Below are positions 17,262 to 25,821 of a DNA stretch of 64,000 nt, piece after piece (the first letter of the stretch is position 1; every line of letters starts with the position of its first letter). Origin of the DNA: Candidatus Krumholzibacteriota bacterium (GTDB lineage Bacteria; Krumholzibacteriota; Krumholzibacteriia; JAJRXK01). The position numbers were made by a program, and so were the translations under genes. Under the pieces are notes generated by a model. It saw nothing but the letters and a program-made list of their open reading frames with translations, made no database searches and was not told the origin of the DNA. The stretch spans positions 128,001 through 192,000 of the forward strand of contig CAVSGG010000003.1 in assembly GCA_963727455.1 (NCBI GenBank). The letters run 5' to 3'.

Positions 17262-19208
17262 TTACTTCAACAGAGTGACCTTCTGCACCACACTCGATTC
17301 GGTCTCGAAGCGCAGGCGTACGTAGTACACGCCGCTTCCGACTGGCGCGCCCGAACCATCCCGACCGTTCCACGTGCGGGTTTGGTCTCCGGCGTCGAGA
17401 ACACCGTTGACAAGAGTTCGAACCCTCTCCCCCTTGACGTTGAAGATGGCGAGCTCAGCCATGCCCTTGCGCGGCAGATTGAACTCGATCTGAGTCATCG
17501 GGTTGAAGGGGTTGGGATAGATGCTCGTCAACGAAGCGCGACGCGTGGCGGGCGCTCCACTCTCGATACCGGTGGCGAAGAGCTGCAGATCGTTGTCGTC
17601 GCGCGGCGCGATCGCATTGCCGCCAAAACGCACGTCGAGCAGACCGGTCGCGATCTGTGTGTCGTCCGGCAGGGGCGCGAGGGAGACCGCAGTCATCGGG
17701 TTGGCCCGCAGCAGACTGTCGCTCACCGTGTCCTGCAGGTAGTAGTTGTCTGTCGCCGCGATGGTATCCACCACGGTCGACATGAAGCTGCGCACCATCA
17801 CGTATTCCAGCGCCTCCGTGGTGTCCAGGTCGGTGCTGGTGAATGCGAGAATGGGCGGCTGGGCGTTGCCGTAGCTGAGCACCTGGACCGCGTCGCCCCG
17901 CTGGGGATTGAGCTCGGTTCCGGTATCGAACTCGCTGATGGTTCCGGAAATCCTGACCATGTCGCCGCGGAAGAGCACGTTGCTCCCCGAACTCTCGTAG
18001 ACGAAGATTCCGCTCCACGGACCACCCTCAGGATCCTCGATGATCCACTGGCTGCCCGGAGAGTTCAGCTCGCCCGGCGCTACCGTCACGATGCCCTCCA
18101 CGTTGACCAGCTGGCCCGCGTAGGTGCTTCCGTTGGTGCCGTCCACGCTGGACTGGATATCCATGATGGAGGTGGTGCCTACCGCGAGATGCAGACTGGA
18201 GGCCGGCGCGTCGCCCGGCACGTTCGTGGTCTGGGCGCTGTTGTCCGTCGCAAGGATGTAGTACTCGATGGAAGCCATGCTGGTGCCCGGAATGGTGGCC
18301 TCATAGGTGTCACCGATCGTGTTGTTCATGGCCACCGAGCTGAAGCTCCCGCTGCCGCCATAGGCGTAGTAGAGCGTCGCCGCGGAGATGCTGCCGTTGT
18401 CGGTGATGGTGGCCGAAACGGTGACCGCCTCGTTGGTGTGCGGTGCCCAAGGCGAAGGAGTGATGTCGTTGACCACCGGGTAAGGATCGCCCGGGTTCTT
18501 CACCAGGTCGGTCTGATAGCGAGGCTTGAGTTCGATGAGGCCGTTGAAGGGCGAGAGAATCCCGGTGATCTGGAAGTGGTCGCCATTGCCCATGGAGGTG
18601 GCGTCGATGCCGGTGGTGCCGTCGACGAAGACGATGAGGGTGTCGCCCGAAACGTCGGTCAAACCCACCGTCCCCTGCTGGAAGGTTCCTCCACCCCAAG
18701 GCGGAGCCGCCACGTCGGGCAGAAACGCGATGTCACCGGTCACCGAGGCCAGCCAACCGATCACTTCGTAGTCGGCCGCGGTCTGGGTCCCGCTGCCGTC
18801 GTTGTCCAACGCTTGTTGGACGGTGTACACCTGCGGCGCGGGAACGGTAGAGGTGCCGAGGAAGGTGAGCGTGAGGCCCGAGCCGGTACCGAGATCGATC
18901 TCGCTACCGTTGAAGGATCCCACGTCGCCAGTGACCTCGACCGAGTCCCCGAGCGCGAATCCTGAACTGGTGCTGAAGAAGGTGATCCCGCCGGTGGGAT
19001 CTTGGACGTAGTGACCGCCGCTGTTGAGAACTCCGGCCGGCATGGTGATGACGCCACGAACGGTGACGACGTTACCTACGAGCGGAGAGGCCGGCGCGCC
19101 GGTGGCGTCGTAGGCCTGGATGTCATCGATGTTTGTGATTTGGGCGAATGCGGTGCTGGTGAGGCAGAGGAGCGCGCAAAGCGCGACTGCCAGCGTCGTT
19201 CGCAACAT
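17262..19208 (-). CDS. secreted protein with OB-fold-like repeats and FlgD/T9SS-CTD-like domain
   Basis: Signal peptide; SPLVGNVVTVRGVIT...GDSVEVTG and STYAGQLVNVEGIVT...GDMVRISG repeats; IYPNPFNP...GSGVYY...QKVTLLK. Confidence 0.85.
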   Translation of the reverse strand: MLRTTLAVALCALLCLTSTAFAQITNIDDIQAYDATGAPASPLVGNVVTVRGVITMPAGVLNSGGHYVQDPTGGITFFSTSSGFALGDSVEVTGDVGSFNGSEIDLGTGSGLTLTFLGTSTVPAPQVYTVQQALDNDGSGTQTAADYEVIGWLASVTGDIAFLPDVAAPPWGGGTFQQGTVGLTDVSGDTLIVFVDGTTGIDATSMGNGDHFQITGILSPFNGLIELKPRYQTDLVKNPGDPYPVVNDITPSPWAPHTNEAVTVSATITDNGSISAATLYYAYGGSGSFSSVAMNNTIGDTYEATIPGTSMASIEYYILATDNSAQTTNVPGDAPASSLHLAVGTTSIMDIQSSVDGTNGSTYAGQLVNVEGIVTVAPGELNSPGSQWIIEDPEGGPWSGIFVYESSGSNVLFRGDMVRISGTISEFDTGTELNPQRGDAVQVLSYGNAQPPILAFTSTDLDTTEALEYVMVRSFMSTVVDTIAATDNYYLQDTVSDSLLRANPMTAVSLAPLPDDTQIATGLLDVRFGGNAIAPRDDNDLQLFATGIESGAPATRRASLTSIYPNPFNPMTQIEFNLPRKGMAELAIFNVKGERVRTLVNGVLDAGDQTRTWNGRDGSGAPVGSGVYYVRLRFETESSVVQKVTLLK

Positions 19209-19371
19209 TCTCGTGATGCCTCCTGCGATGAATCGGATGAGCTGAATCGAGAGAGTGAAGCTCTGGCTGCAAACCCGCGATCTTCGTTATTCCAGTGGAC
19301 GCCTACACGCGCTTGGAGGGAAATCTCCAGCCGCCGCGAACCCTAAATGCGTCCTATAGGAAATCAGTGGC

Positions 19372-19401
19372 AGTATAGCACAAGAATTTGTCGCCACTCA
19401 A
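19372..19401 (-). promoter_or_regulatory. putative sigma70 promoter with extended -10
   Basis: Minus strand TTGAGT-N18-TATACT with TG extension, upstream of 19208. Confidence 0.5.
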
Positions 19402-19617
19402 ACTCGCTTCCGGCTCCGACGCCGCGGGGACGCCGTCGGGCGGCACCGCGAGAACGGCGGGCGCGGAGGGGAGACCCTAAGCGCAAGCGGGACACTCCCT
19501 TTCCCCTTCGCAGCGTATCGCGTCCGGCGCGGCCCCGACCCCGGTTTTCACGAGAATTTCACGCGATTTCCATGGGCTGTGGCGCCTCGGCGGCGTGGCC
19601 GCACCGTCCGGGCGCGC

Positions 19618-20037
19618 TCAGTCGCGCGAGGCGCCGCTCTCCATGGCGCGCGCAAGGCGCTCCGCGAGCAACGGAGTCTCGCGCGCAAGCAGCGCGTGAA
19701 GTTCCGCCAGCGGCAGGATCAATACGCGGCAACTGGAGATCGCTTCCACGTAACCTTCGGTGAATGGACCATCGGCGCGCGCGTGCTGTCCGAAGAGTTC
19801 GCCTTCCTCCAAAATGCCGGCCACGACTTCGTGTCCGTCGGGGCCGAAGGTGTTGACGCGGACGCGTCCCGCGCGCACCAGATACACGCGGCCCCCTTCC
19901 TCTTCAGGGCCGCACAGAATCTGTCCCCGAACGCAGTCCCAGGCGGTCCCCGCCTGCAGGAGCCGGCGCCATGCGCTCTCCTTGAGCTGGCGCACGAGCG
20001 GGCGGTGCTTCAAGAGCCAAAGTCTGCTGCGAATCAT
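19618..20037 (-). CDS. stand-alone cyclic nucleotide-binding (Crp-like) domain protein, no HTH
   Basis: AGGAGG RBS before ATG 20037; VYLVRAGRVRV...GHEVVAGILEEGELFG...VEAISSCRVL; ends after the C-helix (139 aa). Confidence 0.75.
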   Translation of the reverse strand: MIRSRLWLLKHRPLVRQLKESAWRRLLQAGTAWDCVRGQILCGPEEEGGRVYLVRAGRVRVNTFGPDGHEVVAGILEEGELFGQHARADGPFTEGYVEAISSCRVLILPLAELHALLARETPLLAERLARAMESGASRD

Positions 20038-20046
20038 CGACCTCCT

Positions 20047-20237
20047 CTGAGGGCGGGTCCGATCCCGCCGAACCCGTGCAGGTGGAAGCGAACTCCCCCT
20101 GGGCAAGCGCGCCATCGCGCGCGAGCAGCAGTTCGTTCCAGCGAGCCGGCGAGACTTTCGGGCCCTGGGGCCTGAACCTATCTTGGATCCGGCGCTGGAA
20201 AACAAGGAGCGGTCCCCGCCAGCCGACATCCACTCAG
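20047..20237. ncRNA. candidate structured non-coding RNA or cis-regulatory element
   Basis: Multiple nested stems read by eye; family not recognised. Confidence 0.35.
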
Positions 20238-20294
20238 CCATCTTCCGCAAAGAGCCCATTAGGGGCAAGCTGAAGACTCGGCGGGAGCGAGCGT

Positions 20295-21224
20295 ATGTTT
20301 CTTCCCCTCAAGGATCACAACCCAACCACCCTCCGGCCCTTTGTGACCATCGGGCTCATCGCGCTCAACTGTTTTGTCTTCCTCATCGAACTCGGCCACG
20401 GACCCAGTCTACCCTACTTCCTCGCCCGCTGGGGCGCCGTCCCCTACGCCTTCACGCACTTTGGCGGGGTTGTGACCGTGGGAAACAACCTTCCCGCGAC
20501 GCCGGCAGCCGCGCCCTTCTGGATCACCGGAATCACCAGCATGTTTCTGCACGGAGGATGGGCCCACCTTCTGTTCAACATGCTCTTTCTGTGGATTTTC
20601 GGAAACAACGTGGAGGATTTCCTGGGCCATTTGCGCTACCTGGTCTTCTACATCGTCACCGGTCTCGTGGGGCTTTACACCCACGTAATGCTCCACCCCT
20701 CCTCCACCATTCCGGTGGTGGGAGCCAGCGGCGCGATCAGCGGAGTGTTGGGCGCCTACATAGTTCTCTATCCGCGGGCGCGCGTCACCACTTTGCTCTT
20801 TCTGCTCTTCTTCGTGACCTTCATCGAGGTGCCTGCGGTCGTGCTTTTGGGCTTCTGGATCATCTTGCAACTCTTCTCCGGCCTGGGAAGCTTGGGCCAT
20901 AGCGGAAGCGGAACGGCCCACTGGGCCCACATCGGCGGCTTTGCGGCCGGCTACCTCACTTTGCGCTTCTGGCTGGCCAAGGACTTGGTGTTGGCGCGAC
21001 GACGCGTCGCCTCGGGACCGGCGGAGGGCACTGCGAACGGCGACCCCTTCGGGAAGGGCTTCGCGGCGGCGCGGGCGCGCCGGAGTTCCTCGACCCCGCC
21101 GGGCTTTTTCACCTCCGACAAGGACTATCCTCCGCCACCTCCCAAGGTGGGGCATCGTTTCGGCGGCGATCCCATCGGGAACTTTCTCGAGGAAATCGAG
21201 CGGGAGAAGGAGGACGATTCCTGA
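20295..21224 (+). CDS. rhomboid family intramembrane serine protease
   Basis: TSMFLHGGWAHLLFNM, GASG, AHIGG. Confidence 0.92.
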   Translation: MFLPLKDHNPTTLRPFVTIGLIALNCFVFLIELGHGPSLPYFLARWGAVPYAFTHFGGVVTVGNNLPATPAAAPFWITGITSMFLHGGWAHLLFNMLFLWIFGNNVEDFLGHLRYLVFYIVTGLVGLYTHVMLHPSSTIPVVGASGAISGVLGAYIVLYPRARVTTLLFLLFFVTFIEVPAVVLLGFWIILQLFSGLGSLGHSGSGTAHWAHIGGFAAGYLTLRFWLAKDLVLARRRVASGPAEGTANGDPFGKGFAAARARRSSSTPPGFFTSDKDYPPPPPKVGHRFGGDPIGNFLEEIEREKEDDS

Positions 21225-21232
21225 GGCGCGGA

Positions 21233-22666
21233 TCAACGTTTGCGCAGTAGCCGCACCGCCTCCTGAAGCTCCTTCACGCTGTTCACGCGCAGCACCGTCA
21301 ATACCAAGAGCCACCCCAGCGCGCTCAGGCCCGCGCGCAGCCACAGCGCTTGCCCCCGCAGAACCACAGTGATTGCAATCGCGGCGGCCAGGGCCGAGAG
21401 CGCGCCGCCGGCCGAGGACCACAACGGCACTTTGAATCCCGCTCGACGGGCATAATAGAAATAGAGGGCCAGCGTCAGACCATAACTCGCGAAGGTGGCC
21501 AGGGCCGCACCTTGAATCCCCATGCGTGGAATCCAGAAGGCATTGAGGATCACGTTTGTCACGATTCCGATGGCGCCGATGGGAAGCAGATCGCGCTCGC
21601 GATCGGCTGCGAAGAGGAGGCGCACCATCATGTGACAACCGGCCTGCAGGGCGATCGCCCAGGCCAGGATGCGCAAGGCGCCCACCGCGGGCGCGAACTC
21701 GCTTCCGGCCATCACATGCACGATGAAAGGGGCGAAAATCCACACCAAGAGCGCCAAAGCCGAGCAAAAGACCAGGGTAAGTCGTGTGCTGCCGCCGATC
21801 AGCGCGACGGTCGGCGTCTCGCCTTTCTCCCGTGCCAGCCGCAGCTGCGGATAGACCGCGGTGGCGAGAATGCGCGGAGCGAGCACGACCACGTCGATCA
21901 CACGCACCGCGACCCCGTAATATCCCCAAAACCGCTCATCCACCATTCGGCTCAACATGAGAATGTCGATGCGGTGAAAGAGCAGGCTCAGCACGGTGGC
22001 GCCCATCAGAGGTACCGCGGCGCGCATGAGCCGTCGAACTTCGTCGTTCTCGACCTCGCGCACCGAGAGCCGGCCGAAGTTCCTCCGCAGGAAGCTCGTG
22101 CCCACCAGAGTGCGCACCAAGCAGCCCAGGGTGATTCCAGTCACGAATCCCAGAATGCCGAGTCCGAAGAGCAAGGCGGCGGTGGCGAACACGAAGATGC
22201 TGGCCGAGGAGAGCAGCATCGTGCGCGTGATGTAGTCCATGCGCTGGGCGCCCTGAAACACGGCGTCCGCGATGTCACTGATGTTCTCCAGGAAGACGAT
22301 GGTCCCCAGAATGAGAACCACGTGCAGCACGGCACTCGGGTAGTGCAGTTTCCACACCGCGAGGATCAAGAGGCCGTAGGCCACCGCGGACAGGAGGGTC
22401 TTGACCGCGGCCGCGGCCGAGGCCACGCGCGTCGTATCCCTGCGATCGTCCGCGACCTCGCGGGTAACCAGATAATCCAGGCCGCCGCCGGCCAGAGTTC
22501 TTCCGACTTCGATGAAGGTATTCCCGGCCGTGTACAATCCATAGCCCGCCGCGCCGAGGATGCGCGTGGCGAACATGGTCAAAAGGATGCTGAAGAACTT
22601 CGACGCGCCGTGGGCGAGGCTCAAGAATACGGTGTTCCGCGCGATGCGCCCTCGGTCTGCCATCAT
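21233..22666 (-). CDS. Wzx-type flippase (polysaccharide biosynthesis/MOP family)
   Basis: RIARNT N-terminus, RILGAAGYG, RIDILML, GAALAT; many TM segments; start 22663-22705. Confidence 0.85.
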   Translation of the reverse strand: MMADRGRIARNTVFLSLAHGASKFFSILLTMFATRILGAAGYGLYTAGNTFIEVGRTLAGGGLDYLVTREVADDRRDTTRVASAAAAVKTLLSAVAYGLLILAVWKLHYPSAVLHVVLILGTIVFLENISDIADAVFQGAQRMDYITRTMLLSSASIFVFATAALLFGLGILGFVTGITLGCLVRTLVGTSFLRRNFGRLSVREVENDEVRRLMRAAVPLMGATVLSLLFHRIDILMLSRMVDERFWGYYGVAVRVIDVVVLAPRILATAVYPQLRLAREKGETPTVALIGGSTRLTLVFCSALALLVWIFAPFIVHVMAGSEFAPAVGALRILAWAIALQAGCHMMVRLLFAADRERDLLPIGAIGIVTNVILNAFWIPRMGIQGAALATFASYGLTLALYFYYARRAGFKVPLWSSAGGALSALAAAIAITVVLRGQALWLRAGLSALGWLLVLTVLRVNSVKELQEAVRLLRKR

Positions 22667-22673
22667 TCCCCGT

Positions 22674-24404
22674 TCAGAAGGCCTGTCCGACTCCGATGCT
22701 GACAACTGGCGCCGATCGATGCGTGGAATAGAGGATCGGCCAGGCGAAGTCTACACGGAGTGGCGCATTGAGCGAGGCCCGATCCATGCCCAGGCGAAAT
22801 CCGAAACCCAGGGCCCCGCGCATATCGCCCAGCAGGAGATCGTGCTCGTCCTCGAACCATGCGGTGCCGAAGTCGGCAAACGCCGCCATGCCGGGCGTCA
22901 CCAGACTGCCAAAGCCGGAGCGATACACCCAGCGCATTTCCAGGTTGGCTCGTAAAAGACGATCTCCCGCGTATTCACTGGGTCGGGCCGAACGCAATCC
23001 ATTGTCGATCCCCAGAGTATAGACCGAGTTGCGGTCGAGGTTGCTGCCGGTGGCCGCGAGTATGGAACCGGCGGCGCTGAAGGCATCAGAAAAATATTGG
23101 TTCACCCGCGCGCGGAAGCTGCCCCGCATGTTGGGATCGCTGCCCGCGGCCAGATGTCCCGTAGCAGATGCATCGAGCCGAACCACGGTGCCTCCGGAAA
23201 TGATGTTCCACTGCTCCATTCCCGAAAACCAGGAACCATCGAAACTGCTGCCCAGGCCACGGCTGATCCAGCCCAAGGCCAGAGAGAGCTGGTGCCCCTT
23301 GGCGATGTCCTCGCGCTGGCCCATGCGATCCAGATAGCGCCGGGAGGCGTAGTGCAGGGGCGTGCGATCGAGGCTCACGATCGGTCCGAAGACATCGCGA
23401 TTCTCGGCGAATTTGCCGGTGAGATCGATGCTGTCCACGGCATTCCCGGATGGATCGTAGATCGGTGCCGCAGCCAGGGGACTAAAGCGCTGGGTCTCGA
23501 CCCGGAGCCCGACACCAAGGCGCAGTACTCCCTCGCCCCAGCGCCCGCTCCGGCGCTGCAGCTCGAGCCGCGCCTGGGAGAAATCGCCGTGCGGGCGTAC
23601 GTATTCATCGCCGCTCAGGTAGTAGCGGGGGGAGGTTCCCGCGTGCAGGTATTGGGCGCGCCATGCCCACTGCGATTCGAGCTGAAAGAAGGGGCGATCC
23701 AGATGCCAGGCGAAGGAGCCTCCGTCGGAGGCGTCGCTGTAATCGAGCCCGCCGTCCCACTTGCCGTCGAAAAGGTGGCGGTCGCGGTACCCCAGTTCCC
23801 AGCTGATGCGGTCGAGATCCTCGTTGCGCGCCACCGAGGCCTGCCGTCCCGTGCCCAAGAGGTTGGACTCCATTGCGCGGAACGAGAGCAGGGTTGTGTT
23901 CTCGAACTTTTCGAAGCGAATATCGAAGTTCGTGGTCCAGACCTCTCTCGTGTGCACGTAGAGGTCGACGCTGTCCGGGGCCACGTGCTCGGTCTCCAGG
24001 CTCACTTCCACCAGGTAACCGGTGCGGCGCAGTTTGCGCTCGCTCTCGGCGAGGAGCGCCGGGTCGGCCCGATCGCCCTTGTGGACCAACAGCTCGCGGC
24101 GGATGGTCCTCTCGCGCGTGTCGATGTGAACGGCGTTCACCAGGCCCAGGGGCAACCAGGGGACGCGGGCCTGATCCATCTCGGTGAAGATGGGTTCGCG
24201 TTCGTAGATCACCTGCCGGATGTAGGGCGCGGGCGGACTGGAGCGTTCGGCGGCCCACGCCACCCCACCAACGCTGAAAAGGCACAGGAGCAGGACCAGG
24301 GCCGCATTCCACGCAGGAACGCCCCTCCCTTGCGCTTGCTCCCCCCGTGACGGCCACCCGGGATTCGAGACTGACATTTCCGTCCAGATCGTAAGAGGTG
24401 TCAT
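22674..24404 (-). CDS. Omp85/BamA-TamA family outer membrane protein (single POTRA)
   Basis: TRERTIRRELL POTRA, ESNLLGTG, GLRS..., GFGFRL, C-terminal GQAF; start uncertain. Confidence 0.8.
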   Translation of the reverse strand: MTPLTIWTEMSVSNPGWPSRGEQAQGRGVPAWNAALVLLLCLFSVGGVAWAAERSSPPAPYIRQVIYEREPIFTEMDQARVPWLPLGLVNAVHIDTRERTIRRELLVHKGDRADPALLAESERKLRRTGYLVEVSLETEHVAPDSVDLYVHTREVWTTNFDIRFEKFENTTLLSFRAMESNLLGTGRQASVARNEDLDRISWELGYRDRHLFDGKWDGGLDYSDASDGGSFAWHLDRPFFQLESQWAWRAQYLHAGTSPRYYLSGDEYVRPHGDFSQARLELQRRSGRWGEGVLRLGVGLRVETQRFSPLAAAPIYDPSGNAVDSIDLTGKFAENRDVFGPIVSLDRTPLHYASRRYLDRMGQREDIAKGHQLSLALGWISRGLGSSFDGSWFSGMEQWNIISGGTVVRLDASATGHLAAGSDPNMRGSFRARVNQYFSDAFSAAGSILAATGSNLDRNSVYTLGIDNGLRSARPSEYAGDRLLRANLEMRWVYRSGFGSLVTPGMAAFADFGTAWFEDEHDLLLGDMRGALGFGFRLGMDRASLNAPLRVDFAWPILYSTHRSAPVVSIGVGQAF

Positions 24405-24622
24405 GTCATTGTGACAGTATGCGGGGTGTCGCTGTCAGCATTCGGCGCCCGTCCAGCGCGGAGCTTACCCGCGGGTGGAGTTCTAAGTGAAGGGTGCACA
24501 ATCCCTTAGAGGATGGCAAGCAAAGCCTTTCGTCCTTGGCATCCAGTTTGATATGGCATGAAGACGAGCGCAGGACAAAACAAACCCCTCGCACTGCGGC
24601 GAGAGACGAAAGGAACGAAATC

Positions 24623-25039
24623 ATGCGCAACAAGATGCTGACTCCCTTTGATGCATTCGATGCCCTCTTTGACGGTCTGGGCCGCTATTCCCTGGCCGAG
24701 GAAGGCGAGACCCTGCTGACGCCCCGCGTCGACATCCACGAGGATGAAGCGGAGTTCATGGTCGAGGTCGACCTTCCGGGCGTCAACAAGGACGACCTGA
24801 AAGTCGAGGTTGAGAACGGCACCCTCATCATCGAGGCCGAACGCAAAGTGAAGCCCACGGCAGAGACCCGCAAGGCCATCCGAATCGAGCGCGTCGCACG
24901 CGCCAGCTACCGCCGCACCTTCTCGTTGGGCGACGAGATTGACGGTGACGCAATCAAGGCCGAACTGCGCGACGGTGTGCTCCAGGTGGTTCTGCCCAAG
25001 CGGGAGAAGGCGCTGCCGAAACGGATCGAGGTCCAGTAA
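24623..25039 (+). CDS. Hsp20/alpha-crystallin small heat shock protein
   Basis: PRVDIHE, DLPGV, YRRTFSL, AELRDGVLQVVLPK; AAAGGA RBS before ATG 24623. Confidence 0.93.
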   Translation: MRNKMLTPFDAFDALFDGLGRYSLAEEGETLLTPRVDIHEDEAEFMVEVDLPGVNKDDLKVEVENGTLIIEAERKVKPTAETRKAIRIERVARASYRRTFSLGDEIDGDAIKAELRDGVLQVVLPKREKALPKRIEVQ

Positions 25040-25075
25040 GCGCAAACAAGCTCGCGCTTGGAATCGCTCGGACAT

Positions 25076-25109
25076 GGGGCCCATCCCCTTTGGGGGTGGG
25101 CCCCTTTCC
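25076..25109 (+). terminator. rho-independent terminator
   Basis: GGGGCCCATCCCC-ttt-GGGGGTGGGCCCC followed by TTTCC, after the Hsp20 stop. Confidence 0.75.
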
Positions 25110-25224
25110 GTGCTTCCACAGCACGCCGCATTCGGGTGGAACGGAGATTGCCTCGTGGGGGGTGGGGATTGACAGAGCCTTCCCTGCACCCAAAGGACAC
25201 TCGACGCAGCAATGAGGAAGCTTC

Positions 25225-25764
25225 ATGACCGATAGCGCAAGCCTCTACCCGCTCCATTTTGGCGAAGTACTCAACGTTCTCCCTGAATATGAGGAATATC
25301 GCGACGCGGAAAGCTCGTACCGTGGCGAAGCGCCGTTCCGCATGGCGGTGGGCCGCCACGTGAAGGACTGGGGCGAGCGACTTCTGGACCTTTCGGAGTT
25401 TCAAGGCAACCTGCTCCCTCGGCGCGATCTGCGCGTGGTGGACCACATGGTGAGCACGGTGACCGACATCTTCAGCATCCTCAATTGCGGCGGTCAGATT
25501 CGCCGCGTTCCCGTGGCCCCCTCCACTCAGGACGAGCTGCGCGCTTGTGACGCGCGGGTCCTGCGTCTCTTGGAAGAAGAAAGCGAGCTTCTGGACGGGA
25601 TGCATCGCGCCGAATGGGCGGGAGAATGGCTCGAGCACGACGCGCGGGAATTCTACCGCAAGCTGCGCAGGCTCAAACGGGAGCTTCTCGACCGCAATCT
25701 GCTGCTCGGCCTCCGCGGCGCGGCCAGACGCGATCGCGAGCAGCCCGGTCTCGAGCTGTTCTAG
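25225..25764 (+). CDS. hypothetical helical protein
   Basis: GAGGAAG RBS; 179-aa protein-like ORF co-oriented with neighbours. Confidence 0.65.
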   Translation: MTDSASLYPLHFGEVLNVLPEYEEYRDAESSYRGEAPFRMAVGRHVKDWGERLLDLSEFQGNLLPRRDLRVVDHMVSTVTDIFSILNCGGQIRRVPVAPSTQDELRACDARVLRLLEEESELLDGMHRAEWAGEWLEHDAREFYRKLRRLKRELLDRNLLLGLRGAARRDREQPGLELF

Positions 25765-25821
25765 CCCGAGCAGAATCCGGTGCTTTCCGTCCGCCTATCT
25801 TCGTTGTAGTTTCTGTCCATC

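Noticed and set aside
17061-18965. 634-aa ORF on + strand
   Set aside because: Antisense shadow of the real gene 17262..19208; no motifs; expected from high-GC codon bias.
20140-20225. Cobalamin riboswitch or SRP RNA
   Set aside because: GAGCGGTCCCCGCC and GAGCCGGCGAGAC resemble B12-element pieces but are in the wrong order; the SRP core TCAGG-N-GGAAG-N-AGCAG is not present.
24510-24565. CIRCE or sigma54 element upstream of Hsp20
   Set aside because: No TTAGCACTC-N9-GAGTGCTAA; TGGCAT-N5-TTGA lacks the -12 GC.
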